Assembly (NCBI GenBank): GCA_965249025.1
Contig: OZ252215.1
Coordinates: 1,807,045 to 1,871,044, forward strand
Reading direction: 5' to 3'
Length of the DNA stretch: 64,000 nt
From: Dehalococcoidia bacterium
Lineage (GTDB): Bacteria > Chloroflexota > Dehalococcoidia > Lucifugimonadales > CAYTFF01
The notes beneath the pieces are model-generated. The model saw only the letters and a program-made list of their open reading frames with translations. It ran no database searches and was not told the DNA's origin. The translations under genes and the position numbers were made by a program. Positions 41,744 through 51,045 of this stretch are shown piece by piece (within the stretch, counting starts at the first letter, position 1; every line of letters begins with the position of its first letter).

Positions 41744-42781
41744 ATGCCTCAAGGCTCCCTCGCTTCACAGCGATACCAAGTAGACGGCCTTTATGAGGCC
41801 ATCGAGTTCTATTACGAACGAGGCTGGACCGACGGCCTGCCTGTGATACCGCCGACGGAAGAATTGGTTCACGCCTCTTTAGAGGCCGCTGGTAGGCAGC
41901 CCTCCGATGTCCTGGGCGTAGAACCCGTGAAAGGACGGGTTATAACCGCGGAGAAGGCAGCTGTCAACGCCGTCATGGCTGGATGCAGGCCGGAGTACTT
42001 TCCCGTGGTGGTAACGGCGGTAGAGGCCATTTGCGAGGAGCCCTTTAACCTGCACGCCATAACAGTGAGTACCGCAGGAGCCGCTATCATGGTGTTGGTT
42101 AACGGGCCTGTAGCAAAAGAGCTAGGAATGAACTCTGGCATTAGCCTCTTCGGGCCGGGCAACAGGGCCAACGCCACCATTGGACGGGCCATGGGACTCA
42201 TTGTACGCAACGTGACCGGAGCCATACCTGGCGAGTTGGACAAGGCTACCCTTGGCCATCCTGGTAAATTCAGCTTATGCATCGCGGAGGCAGAAGACGT
42301 AAGCCCTTGGGACCCCCTGCACGTCGAGAGGGGGCTGTCGAAGGATGCCAGTGCTGTGACCGTCTTTGCCGCTCTAGCGCCTTGGCAGGTGCGTAACCAC
42401 GTCGGCAATACCCCTGAGACAGTCCTCATAAGCTTTGCGGACCTACTTAAAGATTGGGAACCCAGCCAGGGTGAAGTAGTAGTGGTCTTGTCTCCGCAAC
42501 ACTTAGGACACATCAAGGCTGCTGGGTGGAGCAAAGCACAGGTCAAGGAGTATCTGTGTAAAAAGGCCCAGCGCCCTATTAAAGACTTGGAGGAGGCTGG
42601 CAATCTGGGGGCAGACATTGGTAAGCTCCTTAGCGTTTGCCGTAGCTCAGACTCCATCACTGTGATAGTGGGGGGAGGGACTGCCGGAGGGTTTTCGTCT
42701 ATAATCGGCCTATGGGGTAAAGGGATTAACTCCCGTTCAGTTACAAAGGAGATAAGCTTTCCCAACGGCAAACAACCATGA
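41744..42781 (+). CDS. Conserved-looking hypothetical protein (345 aa), family not recognised
   Basis: AAAGGAGA RBS; motifs GWTDGLPVIPPT, NAVMAGC, GPGNRANATIGRA. Ends 61 nt upstream of the UGSC gene. Confidence 0.6.
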   Translation: MPQGSLASQRYQVDGLYEAIEFYYERGWTDGLPVIPPTEELVHASLEAAGRQPSDVLGVEPVKGRVITAEKAAVNAVMAGCRPEYFPVVVTAVEAICEEPFNLHAITVSTAGAAIMVLVNGPVAKELGMNSGISLFGPGNRANATIGRAMGLIVRNVTGAIPGELDKATLGHPGKFSLCIAEAEDVSPWDPLHVERGLSKDASAVTVFAALAPWQVRNHVGNTPETVLISFADLLKDWEPSQGEVVVVLSPQHLGHIKAAGWSKAQVKEYLCKKAQRPIKDLEEAGNLGADIGKLLSVCRSSDSITVIVGGGTAGGFSSIIGLWGKGINSRSVTKEISFPNGKQP

Positions 42782-42842
42782 ATGTTACACTTATAGCTCG
42801 ACTTAGCTAGGTATCGGAATCTGGATATTTCAGGAGGTGATT

Positions 42843-43394
42843 ATGGTCGTATCGACAAGTTCATTAGAGGTCCTCGACCCGACAGCCGAGGCGGCATCCG
42901 CTGAGGGCATAGTAGCTGACCGTCCTGGAGACCTCGATGGCAAGCGACTGGGGCTATTGGCCAATGGAAAGCGCAACTCGGAGGAGCTTCTAGAGGCAGT
43001 GTACGATCTGCTGTCAGAGCGATACCAGTTCTCCGGTGTGGTACGCCGAAACAAGGTCAACGCCTCCAGGCCGGCGCCCAAGGAGATGATCGAGGATCTG
43101 GTCAGAGAATGCGACCTGGTCGTCACTGCAACTGGCGACTGAGGGTCCTGCTCTTCGTGCAGTGTGCACGATGGCATAACCCTGGAGCAGAGAGGAGTCC
43201 CATCTGCAGTCATATGCACTGAGCCGTTCATAACCAGCGCCAAGGCTATGAACCGGCTTAGGGGCGTTCCAGACTATCCCTTCGCTGTTGTCGAGCATCC
43301 CATCGGCAGCCTCACGCCAGAGGGTCTTAGAGAAAGCGCCAAAACGGCTCTTCCGCAAGTCCTTCAACTCCTGTTGAACAAGGTGGAGAGGTAG
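42843..43394 (+). CDS. UGSC-family candidate selenoprotein (in-frame TGA 43140-43142 read as Sec)
   Basis: Track ORFs 42837-43142 and 43164-43394 share one frame. Read-through gives ..VVTATGD-U-GSCSSCSVHDGITLEQRGVPSAVICTEPF.. AGGAGGTG RBS before ATG 42843; hairpin 13 nt after the TGA. Confidence 0.65.
43140..43142 (+). other. In-frame UGA, candidate selenocysteine codon
   Basis: TGA sits directly before GGG TCC TGC (G-S-C). The coding signal continues in the same frame for 84 more codons. Confidence 0.6.
43155..43171 (+). promoter_or_regulatory. Candidate bacterial SECIS hairpin
   Basis: 7-bp stem TCGTGCA / TGCACGA with apical loop GUG. The loop starts 22 nt after the U of UGA. Confidence 0.45.
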
Positions 43395-43446
43395 GCGGAT
43401 ATCTCTAGCCTGGCCATCAAACGGGTTTGATGGTATGACATAGCTG

Positions 43447-43476
43447 AGGCCCTCCATGACGTTTCATGGAGGGCCT
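43447..43476. terminator. Bidirectional intrinsic terminator between convergent genes
   Basis: 13-bp perfect stem AGGCCCTCCATGA / TCATGGAGGGCCT with loop CGTT, followed by TATACTTT. Confidence 0.7.
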
Positions 43477-43537
43477 TATACTTTAAAGCATCGAGGAAAA
43501 TTTACGGGTCTCCTGGATAATTCTGGTCACTATACCT

Positions 43538-43753
43538 CTAAACTAGACTGTTCACCTCTACGATGTTTTCTTTGCTTTGGGGTACACCTGCAGCCTCATG
43601 TGACTTGATCACTGCCTCGGCGTTTGGGGCCTCGGATAGGCAATAGGCCTGTCCTTCCGTACCCATGAAGATGTTGAGACCCTTGGCATCAAACTGGTTT
43701 TGCTCCCCTGCTTGCATTTTGGCCCGCATCTCGTCTATAGCCTCTGGCGGCAT
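43538..43753 (-). CDS. Small DUF4242-like protein (71 aa from first ATG)
   Basis: C-terminal ..AYCLSEAPNAEAVIKSHEAAGVPQSKENIVEV.. resembles that small alpha/beta family (from memory). The N-terminus is uncertain; see rejected notes. Confidence 0.5.
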   Translation of the reverse strand: MPPEAIDEMRAKMQAGEQNQFDAKGLNIFMGTEGQAYCLSEAPNAEAVIKSHEAAGVPQSKENIVEVNSLV

Positions 43754-43887
43754 AGGGGGCAGGCTTTCGTGATAATCTATGAACTTTGGATTTTGCCTCC
43801 TTCGGTAGCTATATATAGAAAACTCTCATTTGAGTGGATTTCTTAGGTTAAGAGACCCGTAAAGACCCTCCACGCTAAAATAGGAAT

Positions 43888-44235
43888 TTACATTTCCTTT
43901 ACTAGGCCTATCACATTACCATCGAGGTCTGAGAACATGGCCAGAGTCACCATGTTTGGTATTTCAGTGGGAGGCATTACCGCCTTGCCCCCCAGTTTCT
44001 CTGCCTTGTCCAGATACGCTTGCAGGTCGTCGACCTGGATAAATATGGTTACCCCTGGTTTCTCGTCAGTCTGTGGTATACCACCATTGATACCACCCTC
44101 GCCGTGGGTATCAACTAAGCCATAGTTCATTGGATTGCTACTATCTACGTGCCATCCAAAGAGATTGGCGTAGAAGTCTTGTGCCTTTTTGGCATCTTTG
44201 GCGGATATCTCCCAGTGGACAACAGGGTTTGGCAT
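43888..44235 (-). CDS. VOC-family (glyoxalase/bleomycin-resistance fold) protein
   Basis: 115 aa; MPNPVVHWEISAKDAKKAQDFYANLFGW.. AAAGGAGA RBS. Confidence 0.8.
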   Translation of the reverse strand: MPNPVVHWEISAKDAKKAQDFYANLFGWHVDSSNPMNYGLVDTHGEGGINGGIPQTDEKPGVTIFIQVDDLQAYLDKAEKLGGKAVMPPTEIPNMVTLAMFSDLDGNVIGLVKEM

Positions 44236-44383
44236 GATGAAATTCTCCTTTCGCTGTTCTTATTTCGTTGCTCCCTGATTAATCTGATCTGGATAGCGTG
44301 TCTTGGCTTCGAGTTCTATCTTGGTCTCAATAAAACGACGAACGGCTTGAAAAAATTCGACAGGCTACGTCTTGCTCCTAACC

Positions 44384-44833
44384 CTAGTTTTTGATCCAAG
44401 GGTCTGGTCCAGGGTCACGTCCTTCGCCTGCGATAGCAAGGCGTGCCAAGTAGTGCTCCCAGCCCTCTGTGTGGCCGGCTTGCTCACTAGCCGGCAAGTC
44501 GTAATGTCTAAGCCGTACAATAGTGCCGTCGCCGTCTGGAATAAGGGTGATCTCCACCTTACTAGAGCCTGGGGGTACGGGGTTTCCCTCAGCTTCCCAG
44601 CCCCACGTAAACACTACTTTTTCATTAGGGACTATCTCTACATACTCGCCACGTGCGATATCTCGGCCAGTGACGTTGCAGCGATAGATTCCTCCAGGAC
44701 GAGGGTCCAGCTCCGCCTCGACGCCCTTCCACTGCACCATCTTTTTGGGGTCAGTGAAGAAGGGGAAAATGGTCTCCTGGCGCGCAGCTATGCGCACCTG
44801 CCTTTCTACTGCGTTGCTGTCACTCTGAGTCAC
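44384..44833 (-). CDS. SRPBCC/Aha1-domain protein
   Basis: 149 aa; typical partner of ArsR-family regulators. 14-nt overlap with the arsR-like gene. Confidence 0.7.
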   Translation of the reverse strand: MTQSDSNAVERQVRIAARQETIFPFFTDPKKMVQWKGVEAELDPRPGGIYRCNVTGRDIARGEYVEIVPNEKVVFTWGWEAEGNPVPPGSSKVEITLIPDGDGTIVRLRHYDLPASEQAGHTEGWEHYLARLAIAGEGRDPGPDPWIKN

Positions 44834-45149
44834 TGCTCTCTAACCTCCGTTCTTCAGCTTCTGCGGCCTGTGCCAAACGGCGAAGCCCCTCGTCCCAGAA
44901 CTGCTCCAGGAAACTTCTTAACTCTTCTAGTCCTTCTGGCCTGGCCCTGTACAAGTGACGCGTTCCATCCTTTCGCATCGCTACTAGGCCTGAGTCCATT
45001 AAGACCCTCAGGTGCTGTGAAATCGCAGGGCGCGTCACATCGAAGTAAGAGGCAATCGCTCCTGAAGAAAGTTCATCTGTTTGTATGAGACGGAGCAGAA
45101 TTTCCCTACGCCGAGGCTCGGAAATTGCACGCAACACCTGGTTAACCAC
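44820..45149 (-). CDS. ArsR/SmtB-family transcriptional regulator
   Basis: ..ISEPRRREILLRL..LSSGAIASYFDVTRPAISQHLRVLMDSGLV.. winged HTH; GTG start. Confidence 0.85.
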   Translation of the reverse strand: MVNQVLRAISEPRRREILLRLIQTDELSSGAIASYFDVTRPAISQHLRVLMDSGLVAMRKDGTRHLYRARPEGLEELRSFLEQFWDEGLRRLAQAAEAEERRLESSDSE

Positions 45150-45167
45150 AAGTTAATATTAGCATTT

Positions 45168-45179
45168 ACTTACGTAAGT
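45168..45179. promoter_or_regulatory. Perfect 12-bp palindrome, candidate ArsR-family operator
   Basis: ACTTACGTAAGT lies 19-30 nt upstream of the arsR-like start. It is flanked by a partial outer repeat TTAG..CTAA. Confidence 0.4.
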
Positions 45180-45504
45180 GTCAACTAATTCTCCAATTGC
45201 CATTGGCTCTTTGTTTATTCAGTGAGATCTATGATTCAATTATGTGACATGAGGGCTTTTTGTGGTACCTATTCAGTCTCTTAGATATTTGATAGCCTAT
45301 TATGAAGTAGTGTCAATATGGGATTCACCGAACCAATAACCGTTGCCAGTGGTCTCAATTGCAAAACTATATGTGCTTGATACCTTGGGTGCGATGCCGC
45401 GGGAGCTTTTCACCGCCTATACTGTGTCGCTAGAGAGGTGATGTTGCATTGAGGTGTCTATGATCAATAGAAACAGCGAGTGACTATGAAGCGGGGCAGA
45501 AGCT

Positions 45505-46503
45505 ATGAAGTTTGGCTTTCCCATTCCCACCTGCCGGGAAGCTCGAGATAACCTTACCGGAATTGTCAACCCCAAGGACATCATCAAGATTTCTCAGGAT
45601 TGTGAGCGCCTGGGCATCGATTCCATATGGGGCAACGACTTTATCAACCCACCCAAGTCTACCCTGGAGAAATTCAACCCCCCACCTAGCTGGTACGAGA
45701 TAATTACCAGCTTTGCGGCGGTCGCTATGATGACGGAACGCATCAAGCTGGGCTTGGGACTCATTGTCATGCCCGTTAGAGAACCAGTTATCCTGGCCAA
45801 GCAAATAATAACATTAGACCATTTCAGCAATGGGCGTGTACTGTTGGGGCTTGGGTTGGGTGGCGACAGAGAGGTGTTCGTTTCTATCAAACCCAAAGAA
45901 GCCAAGGCCTATCGCGGCAGAATGCTGGACGAGGGACTGGAGTCGGTCAATAGGCTACTGACTCAGACGAGGGCTAGCTTCGATGGCGAATACTATGCCT
46001 TCACAGATGTCTCCTTGTATCCTCGACCCGTCCAGAACCCCATACCTATCTATATCTCCGGCCATAGCGAGTCTACGCCTCAGAGAATAGCCAAGTACGC
46101 CCATGGGTGGCTGGTGTCCTATCCTAGCCTGGAGAGCTTCAAGGAGTTATGGCATGGAGTAGAGGAAGCCATGGAGAAGGAGGGACGGAGCATGTCGGAG
46201 CTGGACATAACGATAAGCTGGGGCATGAGGCTGGCCAAATCACGGAAAGAGGCCATTGAGCAGTTCAATAACAGCGTCCAAGGTGGCCTGCCACGGCCGG
46301 AGGAGTGGTACCGAAGCCCATTTCCCCCTGAGAACAACCTGTTAGGCACGCCCGCCGAAGTGGCGGAGTACATCATCGGCTTTGAGATGGCGGGAGCCAC
46401 CCACTGCGTCCCGATTCATGTTGCAGCCGATACTCTACCTGAGCTAGAGGAGCAGATGCACATCTATGCGGAAGAGGTCATCCCAATAGTCAAGTCCGCG
46501 TGA
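45505..46503 (+). CDS. LLM-class flavin/F420-dependent oxidoreductase, type B paralog (solo)
   Basis: 332 aa; MKFGFPIP..; LDHFSNGRVLLGLGLGG. Alignable with 1967-2980 and 12733-13683. Confidence 0.85.
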   Translation: MKFGFPIPTCREARDNLTGIVNPKDIIKISQDCERLGIDSIWGNDFINPPKSTLEKFNPPPSWYEIITSFAAVAMMTERIKLGLGLIVMPVREPVILAKQIITLDHFSNGRVLLGLGLGGDREVFVSIKPKEAKAYRGRMLDEGLESVNRLLTQTRASFDGEYYAFTDVSLYPRPVQNPIPIYISGHSESTPQRIAKYAHGWLVSYPSLESFKELWHGVEEAMEKEGRSMSELDITISWGMRLAKSRKEAIEQFNNSVQGGLPRPEEWYRSPFPPENNLLGTPAEVAEYIIGFEMAGATHCVPIHVAADTLPELEEQMHIYAEEVIPIVKSA

Positions 46504-46814
46504 TGAAGAGTTCATGGATTTTTTCTCTTAACCGCTACCGGTAGTGTCAAGAAGAGTGTGTGAATCCAATGAAGGTTTGTCCTCTCAGTATTTGTTGAGA
46601 TGGCTGATGACACCATTCTCTTACAGGTGGCTGTTTTAGCACTATACCCTACTTTATTGAGGTGCGCTGTTCAATCGTCGTCGGTAGATTTGGGTGGACT
46701 CTTTGACTCTCTACCAGCGAACCTGCCATACTATGTATGGGCACGCATCACATCTCTTGAAGCAGAGGTTTTACCGGTCTTGAGAGGTTAATTGACTGGG
46801 GGATAGATTTTGAA

Positions 46815-47135
46815 ATGCGCATTAGCATAGTGTACATAGGTCGTATCAGGACACGGGTCGGCAGCAGGGAGGAGGTCGTGGAAGCAGAGCCGAGTGGCAC
46901 CGTCCTCCAAATGCTGGAGCGGCTGGTGGAAAGGCATGGCAAGGAGTTCAGACAGTTGGTGTTTGGTAATGGCGACTTGGCCGCCGGCGTAAACGTAATC
47001 GTAGATGGACTCAATGTCACAAATAGGGTGATGAGCAGCGATTCTGAGGAAGTGGCGCGTCTGCCTAGCCAAGATAGCGAGGCCATAGAGGTGGAGCTGG
47101 TCATACTAGATGCTCCGCCCAGCGGAGGCCACTAG
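46815..47135 (+). CDS. MoaD/ThiS-family beta-grasp (ubiquitin-like) protein ending ..PPSGGH
   Basis: 106 aa; the ..VELVILDAPPSGG tail matches the MoaD/ThiS C-terminus but has one extra residue (His) after Gly-Gly. Confidence 0.65.
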   Translation: MRISIVYIGRIRTRVGSREEVVEAEPSGTVLQMLERLVERHGKEFRQLVFGNGDLAAGVNVIVDGLNVTNRVMSSDSEEVARLPSQDSEAIEVELVILDAPPSGGH

Positions 47136-47291
47136 GCCAGCTGCTCCATACCCGGATTGTTGTGGTTTTAGAGGCAACGAATGATGGTAACTGCTCACGA
47201 ACAAGCCGATAGGTCTACCAGTCCAAAGAGGATGCGCATGGCAGGGAAAGGGGCGCATATTGCGCAAAGCTCTGCTGGCAAAGAGAGGTAG

Positions 47292-47365
47292 GTGCCGATG
47301 GTATGCACCATGTGCTACAATTCCTGTTCGGTGCAGGTGCTAGTGAGGGATGGAGTGGCAGGGAG
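47292..47365 (+). pseudogene. N-terminal remnant of a bis-MGD molybdo/tungsto-oxidoreductase (4Fe-4S CxxCxxxC domain)
   Basis: Translates VPMVCTMCYNSCSVQVLVRDGVAG, the classic start of Mo/W bis-MGD enzymes. Similarity stops there and the frame ends 25 codons later. Confidence 0.4.
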
Positions 47366-47607
47366 TTCACCTGAACAGCTTCCTGTCTTACCGTATCGAG
47401 CGAGTGGATATGCTATCTGGGGCCTTCGATGCCTGTGTTAAGGTGCGCATCAGAAAAGTGCAAGACAGAAACGGCTCAAAGATAGCGGGGATGTTCAAAA
47501 AGGCCTTTGGGTTGAGATGAGGCAGGTGTTTGAGTCTCCTTAGCTCCACTTGTAAGCATATGTGAAACGAGTGCAAGCGGCGAGCCCAACAAACAAAGGA
47601 GTAGGCC

Positions 47608-48297
47608 ATGAAATTCTTTCTACTTTGGATAACGACACGTCTAAAGGAAAGGGGCTGGCCGAAAGCACGGGGGTTGCTGAGAAGAAGGAAGGTCATCACT
47701 GACGAAGCGCTTATTGCCGCTACGCAAGATGCCATACGTGTCGCAATAACTATTGGGGGAAGCCTGCCTGAAGTAGCTAGAGCCATCGCGATAACTTTTT
47801 TCGTGGATACAGGGGAACCTGTAACACGAAAAGCCATTGATGAGTGGATAGATGAGGCTGCCGCAATGGGTGATCAAAAAATGACGGCCCTATCAGATAT
47901 CTATCCCAAGTGGCTGAGGTTTTGCTCGATAACAGTATCAAGCGATGGTGATGTGCAACATCACCCATGGGTCGGTGGCCCTGAATATGACGTGGAACCT
48001 CCCATAATCAATAAAATTTATGCGCAAAGCACGGCGTTAGCTGGGATCGCAATGTGCTGGACTCTCAGGCACTCCAATGAAGCTGAAAGGTTGTTCATCA
48101 ACCCAGATGCCTCCGAGGCGATTGAACCGGAACTACAAGAATTGGTCAGTGGCCCTGAAATATACTCCGCCTGGCTACATATGGCGAGATGCTGGTCTCA
48201 TTGTATTCTGAGGAGGAAGGATTACCGAGGTATGAGGACCTGGCTTGATTCTTCGCGAACAGAATTGTCACACGCTGGGTTTGGACAGATTCCATGA
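47608..48297 (+). CDS. Hypothetical protein (229 aa), possible N-terminal HTH
   Basis: AAGGAG sits 7 nt before the ATG. No family recognised. ATGA overlap with the next ORF. Confidence 0.6.
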   Translation: MKFFLLWITTRLKERGWPKARGLLRRRKVITDEALIAATQDAIRVAITIGGSLPEVARAIAITFFVDTGEPVTRKAIDEWIDEAAAMGDQKMTALSDIYPKWLRFCSITVSSDGDVQHHPWVGGPEYDVEPPIINKIYAQSTALAGIAMCWTLRHSNEAERLFINPDASEAIEPELQELVSGPEIYSAWLHMARCWSHCILRRKDYRGMRTWLDSSRTELSHAGFGQIP

Positions 48298-48839
48298 CTA
48301 CTCCCGCTACGATAGAGATCTTCATCGTGATGAAGGATGGCTCCTCTCAGTATTATCTTTTGAAAGTTGTGCGTCGTGGCTTCGATGTCTACTGCATCCC
48401 GCCACATTTAGGGGCGCACTACTCTGTGCACCAGAGCGGTAAAGCCCATTTTCGTTTTGAAGAGAACGCAGGGACATCCGCAGAGGAACTGCCAGTGGCT
48501 CTGGTTGAGGGTGAAGCAGGAACCCCTCTCGGCAATGGTACCATACGTGCGCCTCTCGGTAACCTGGGCCGGGCTTCTTGCATTTGTACTGCAATCTATC
48601 CGATTGATTCACTCAGCGGCGATTTCCGGGTGTTCAATCGAAATCCAAGGGAATGTTTCGTGATTGATAAAGGCCTGTTTTCAGAGGGCGCCAGCTCTGT
48701 TGAGATCGGTGTTTGGGTAGTTCCCGAAAGAAACAAGGTTAGCTTCGAGTTCAACAATCCAAACATTCCACCAGATTTGTTATATAAAGTAGCTTATGTT
48801 GACCCTCAGATTTGGATATACGCTCGGTCATTTTCTTAA
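48294..48839 (+). CDS. Hypothetical protein (181 aa), beta-rich, no recognisable family
   Basis: Translationally coupled (ATGA) to 47608-48297. Confidence 0.6.
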   Translation: MTTPATIEIFIVMKDGSSQYYLLKVVRRGFDVYCIPPHLGAHYSVHQSGKAHFRFEENAGTSAEELPVALVEGEAGTPLGNGTIRAPLGNLGRASCICTAIYPIDSLSGDFRVFNRNPRECFVIDKGLFSEGASSVEIGVWVVPERNKVSFEFNNPNIPPDLLYKVAYVDPQIWIYARSFS

Positions 48840-48937
48840 TCGTGGTCAATTGGCATTGTGCCGAAACTGTCCCAGCTTCTCTGCCTGGTCGTCGTATCCA
48901 AGCTCAAGAGTGCGATTATGTCTCCACCCAGCTCACC

Positions 48938-50545
48938 CTAAAACGGCGATGGCATAGGCCCTACCGGCACCTCTATCAGAACTGGCTTGTCCATGCCGAT
49001 GGCCTTTCTCAAGGAAACGCCTAGCTCTTCCGGGCCGTTGACCCTCATCCCCACTACGCCGTAGGCCTCCGCCAGCTTCACGAAGTCAGGATTCCGAAGC
49101 TCGGCTCCCAAAGCCCTGCCGTTGAATATGGACTTCATGTCCCTGAGCACGTTCCCATAGGCCTGGTCGTTGAACACTATGGCCACCACGTTGATCCCAA
49201 ATTGAACGGACGTTGCCAGTTCCTGGGAGTTGAAGAGGAACCCTCCGTCTCCAGATATGGATACCACAGCCTTGTTGGGCATCGCCACCTTTGCTCCGAG
49301 AGCCGTTGGGAAGGCTGACCCCAGGTTCCCGTTATATGAAGACGTGAAGAAGCTTCTGGGGTGATATACGTGGAAATGGGTGCGAGCATAGTAGCCAACC
49401 TGGGTCATATCGGGTACTAAAATACCGTCCTCAGGCAGACTATCCCTTATTGTTCTAACAAAAGAGGCCTGGGGCTCTATCTGTCTGGCTGGATTGTTGT
49501 ATCTTTCCGCTCTCATAGACTCGAACTTGTCTCTCATAAAGGGCCTGGCTGGCCCTAAAGACTTGAGGGCTTCTAGGAGGTCTGCTAGCGCGACCCGTGC
49601 GTCTCCAGCAATCCCCAGTGTATTGCCGTGATTTCGGCCTATCTCCTCCTGGTCGATGTCAATGTGGATTACCTTTTGGGTCCTGTTCGCCTGGGCGCTA
49701 GCGAAACGCGTGCCTACCGCCAGTACCACATCGCATGTGTAGAAGAAGTCTCTGAGAGGGTCTTTGCTTTCTCCTGTAGACCTGCCCCTCGTTACGCCTA
49801 ACGAGAGGTGGTGGCGGTCCGAAATTGCTCCCTTGCCCTCTCCAGTAGTGATGACGGGCATTGCAAGATATTCCGCTATCTGTAAAAGCTCTTGAGAAGC
49901 TCCGGAGGAGTGTATGCCTCCCCCTGCCCAAATGACAGGCTGCTTTGATTTGGTGAGCAGTTCCGCCGCCTTCTCTATTGCCCTGTCGTCCATGGTAATC
50001 GGGGAAGCCTCCTCGGGGTCGTAGGGCTCTACCTCGGTTACCTCAGCTAGCGTTTCGGGAGGGATTTCTATCTCTACTGGTCGTGGCCGTCCTGTCCGAA
50101 GTTGGGAAAAGGCTTCTCGCACGGCGGACGATATCTTCCCAGCCTCGAGGACCCTAGCTTGCCACTTGGTCACTGGCCTTACGATGTCTAACTGATCGTT
50201 TACCTCATGGAGCATTCCGACGTTCTTGCCTATCATGTCTCTATTTATCTGACCGGAGATAATCAGCACTGGCGACGAGGCGGCATATGCGTTCGTTATT
50301 CCTGCCGAGGCGTTCTGAAGTCCAGGCCCTGGAACCACCATGGCGGTCCCCACGTTTCCGCTGGCTCTGGCGTAGCCGTCGGCCATATAAGTGGTGGCCT
50401 GCTCATGGCGCGTCGTTACGAATCTCATATCGGGAAAATCGAGTATCGGGTTCACGGCGTGATACATCTGGACCCCCGGCAGGCCAAAGATCACGCGAAC
50501 TCCCTCTCGATAGACGCAGTGAATGAGCGCTTGTCCGCCGGTCAT
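48938..50545 (-). CDS. Thiamine pyrophosphate-dependent enzyme, acetolactate synthase large-subunit-like
   Basis: MTGGQALIHCVYREGVRVIFGLPG..; TPP motif ..ISGDGGFLFNSQELAT..N.. The track start 50638 adds 31 uncharacteristic residues. Confidence 0.85.
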   Translation of the reverse strand: MTGGQALIHCVYREGVRVIFGLPGVQMYHAVNPILDFPDMRFVTTRHEQATTYMADGYARASGNVGTAMVVPGPGLQNASAGITNAYAASSPVLIISGQINRDMIGKNVGMLHEVNDQLDIVRPVTKWQARVLEAGKISSAVREAFSQLRTGRPRPVEIEIPPETLAEVTEVEPYDPEEASPITMDDRAIEKAAELLTKSKQPVIWAGGGIHSSGASQELLQIAEYLAMPVITTGEGKGAISDRHHLSLGVTRGRSTGESKDPLRDFFYTCDVVLAVGTRFASAQANRTQKVIHIDIDQEEIGRNHGNTLGIAGDARVALADLLEALKSLGPARPFMRDKFESMRAERYNNPARQIEPQASFVRTIRDSLPEDGILVPDMTQVGYYARTHFHVYHPRSFFTSSYNGNLGSAFPTALGAKVAMPNKAVVSISGDGGFLFNSQELATSVQFGINVVAIVFNDQAYGNVLRDMKSIFNGRALGAELRNPDFVKLAEAYGVVGMRVNGPEELGVSLRKAIGMDKPVLIEVPVGPMPSPF

Positions 50546-51045
50546 TTGTCGTACATCGCCACCTGCTTTCCGGGATTTTGACCGACCCTCAGTCGATATC
50601 TGATTTCCGTGCAGTGCGGTTGAACGTATGGAGTCCATAGTTATCTTTAGCCCTTCTTACATAATTGCGTCGACATTAGTGTCAAAGCCAGCAGCCAGAT
50701 TTGATGGAGTCAGGGGTTCTACCTATGTCACTTCCACTTGAAGTAACGACGCCTCATCTAAGTTTTAATCTTAGCATATATGGCATATAAAGTTTAAGAG
50801 TGCACTCACTCACCTATTATAATTGCAAATCTACATAGGAGGAGCAAGGCGCATTCCGCTGCATGGCGGATGGGTATTTTGTTCTTGCTAGGCGTTGCCT
50901 TGCCATCAAGGCGTCCTTCTACAAGACGTTTGGCCTGCCATGAGGTATGACGCACAGCCTTACTAGAAAATGAGTGGAGCTAGAATGAAGGGGGCGCTTG
51001 ATAGCCGCCATCGGCGCGGGGAGTCAGCTTACAAATGGGACTAGC

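Noticed and set aside
41869-42771. Long antisense ORFs inside confident genes. Examples: 41869-42771 (300 aa), 40427-41206 (259 aa), 44372-45088 (238 aa), 16371-17021 (216 aa), 31996-32529 (177 aa), 59134-59715 (193 aa).
   Set aside because: They lie fully within, and opposite to, genes with clear family signatures. They have low-complexity Arg/Ser/Pro-rich translations and lack RBS motifs. They are typical shadow ORFs of GC-biased coding DNA.
43754-43800. The DUF4242-like gene seems to have conserved-looking codons (..NPKFIDYHESLPP) upstream of its first ATG, preceded by AGGAGG but with no ATG, GTG or TTG. This could be a lost or non-canonical start.
   Set aside because: The idea rests on my memory of the family N-terminus (M.KFMDVH). 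The spacing to the RBS would be too short for the AAT codon. I cannot verify it without an alignment.
45318-45445. Possible frameshifted remnant of an MmgE/PrpD N-terminus (..YVLDTLGAMPRELF..) just upstream of the solo LLM gene. It would echo the PrpD-LLM arrangement at 3126-5935.
   Set aside because: Only about 10 residues resemble the ..VMDTLGVMLGG.. motif, which is too short to distinguish from chance by eye.
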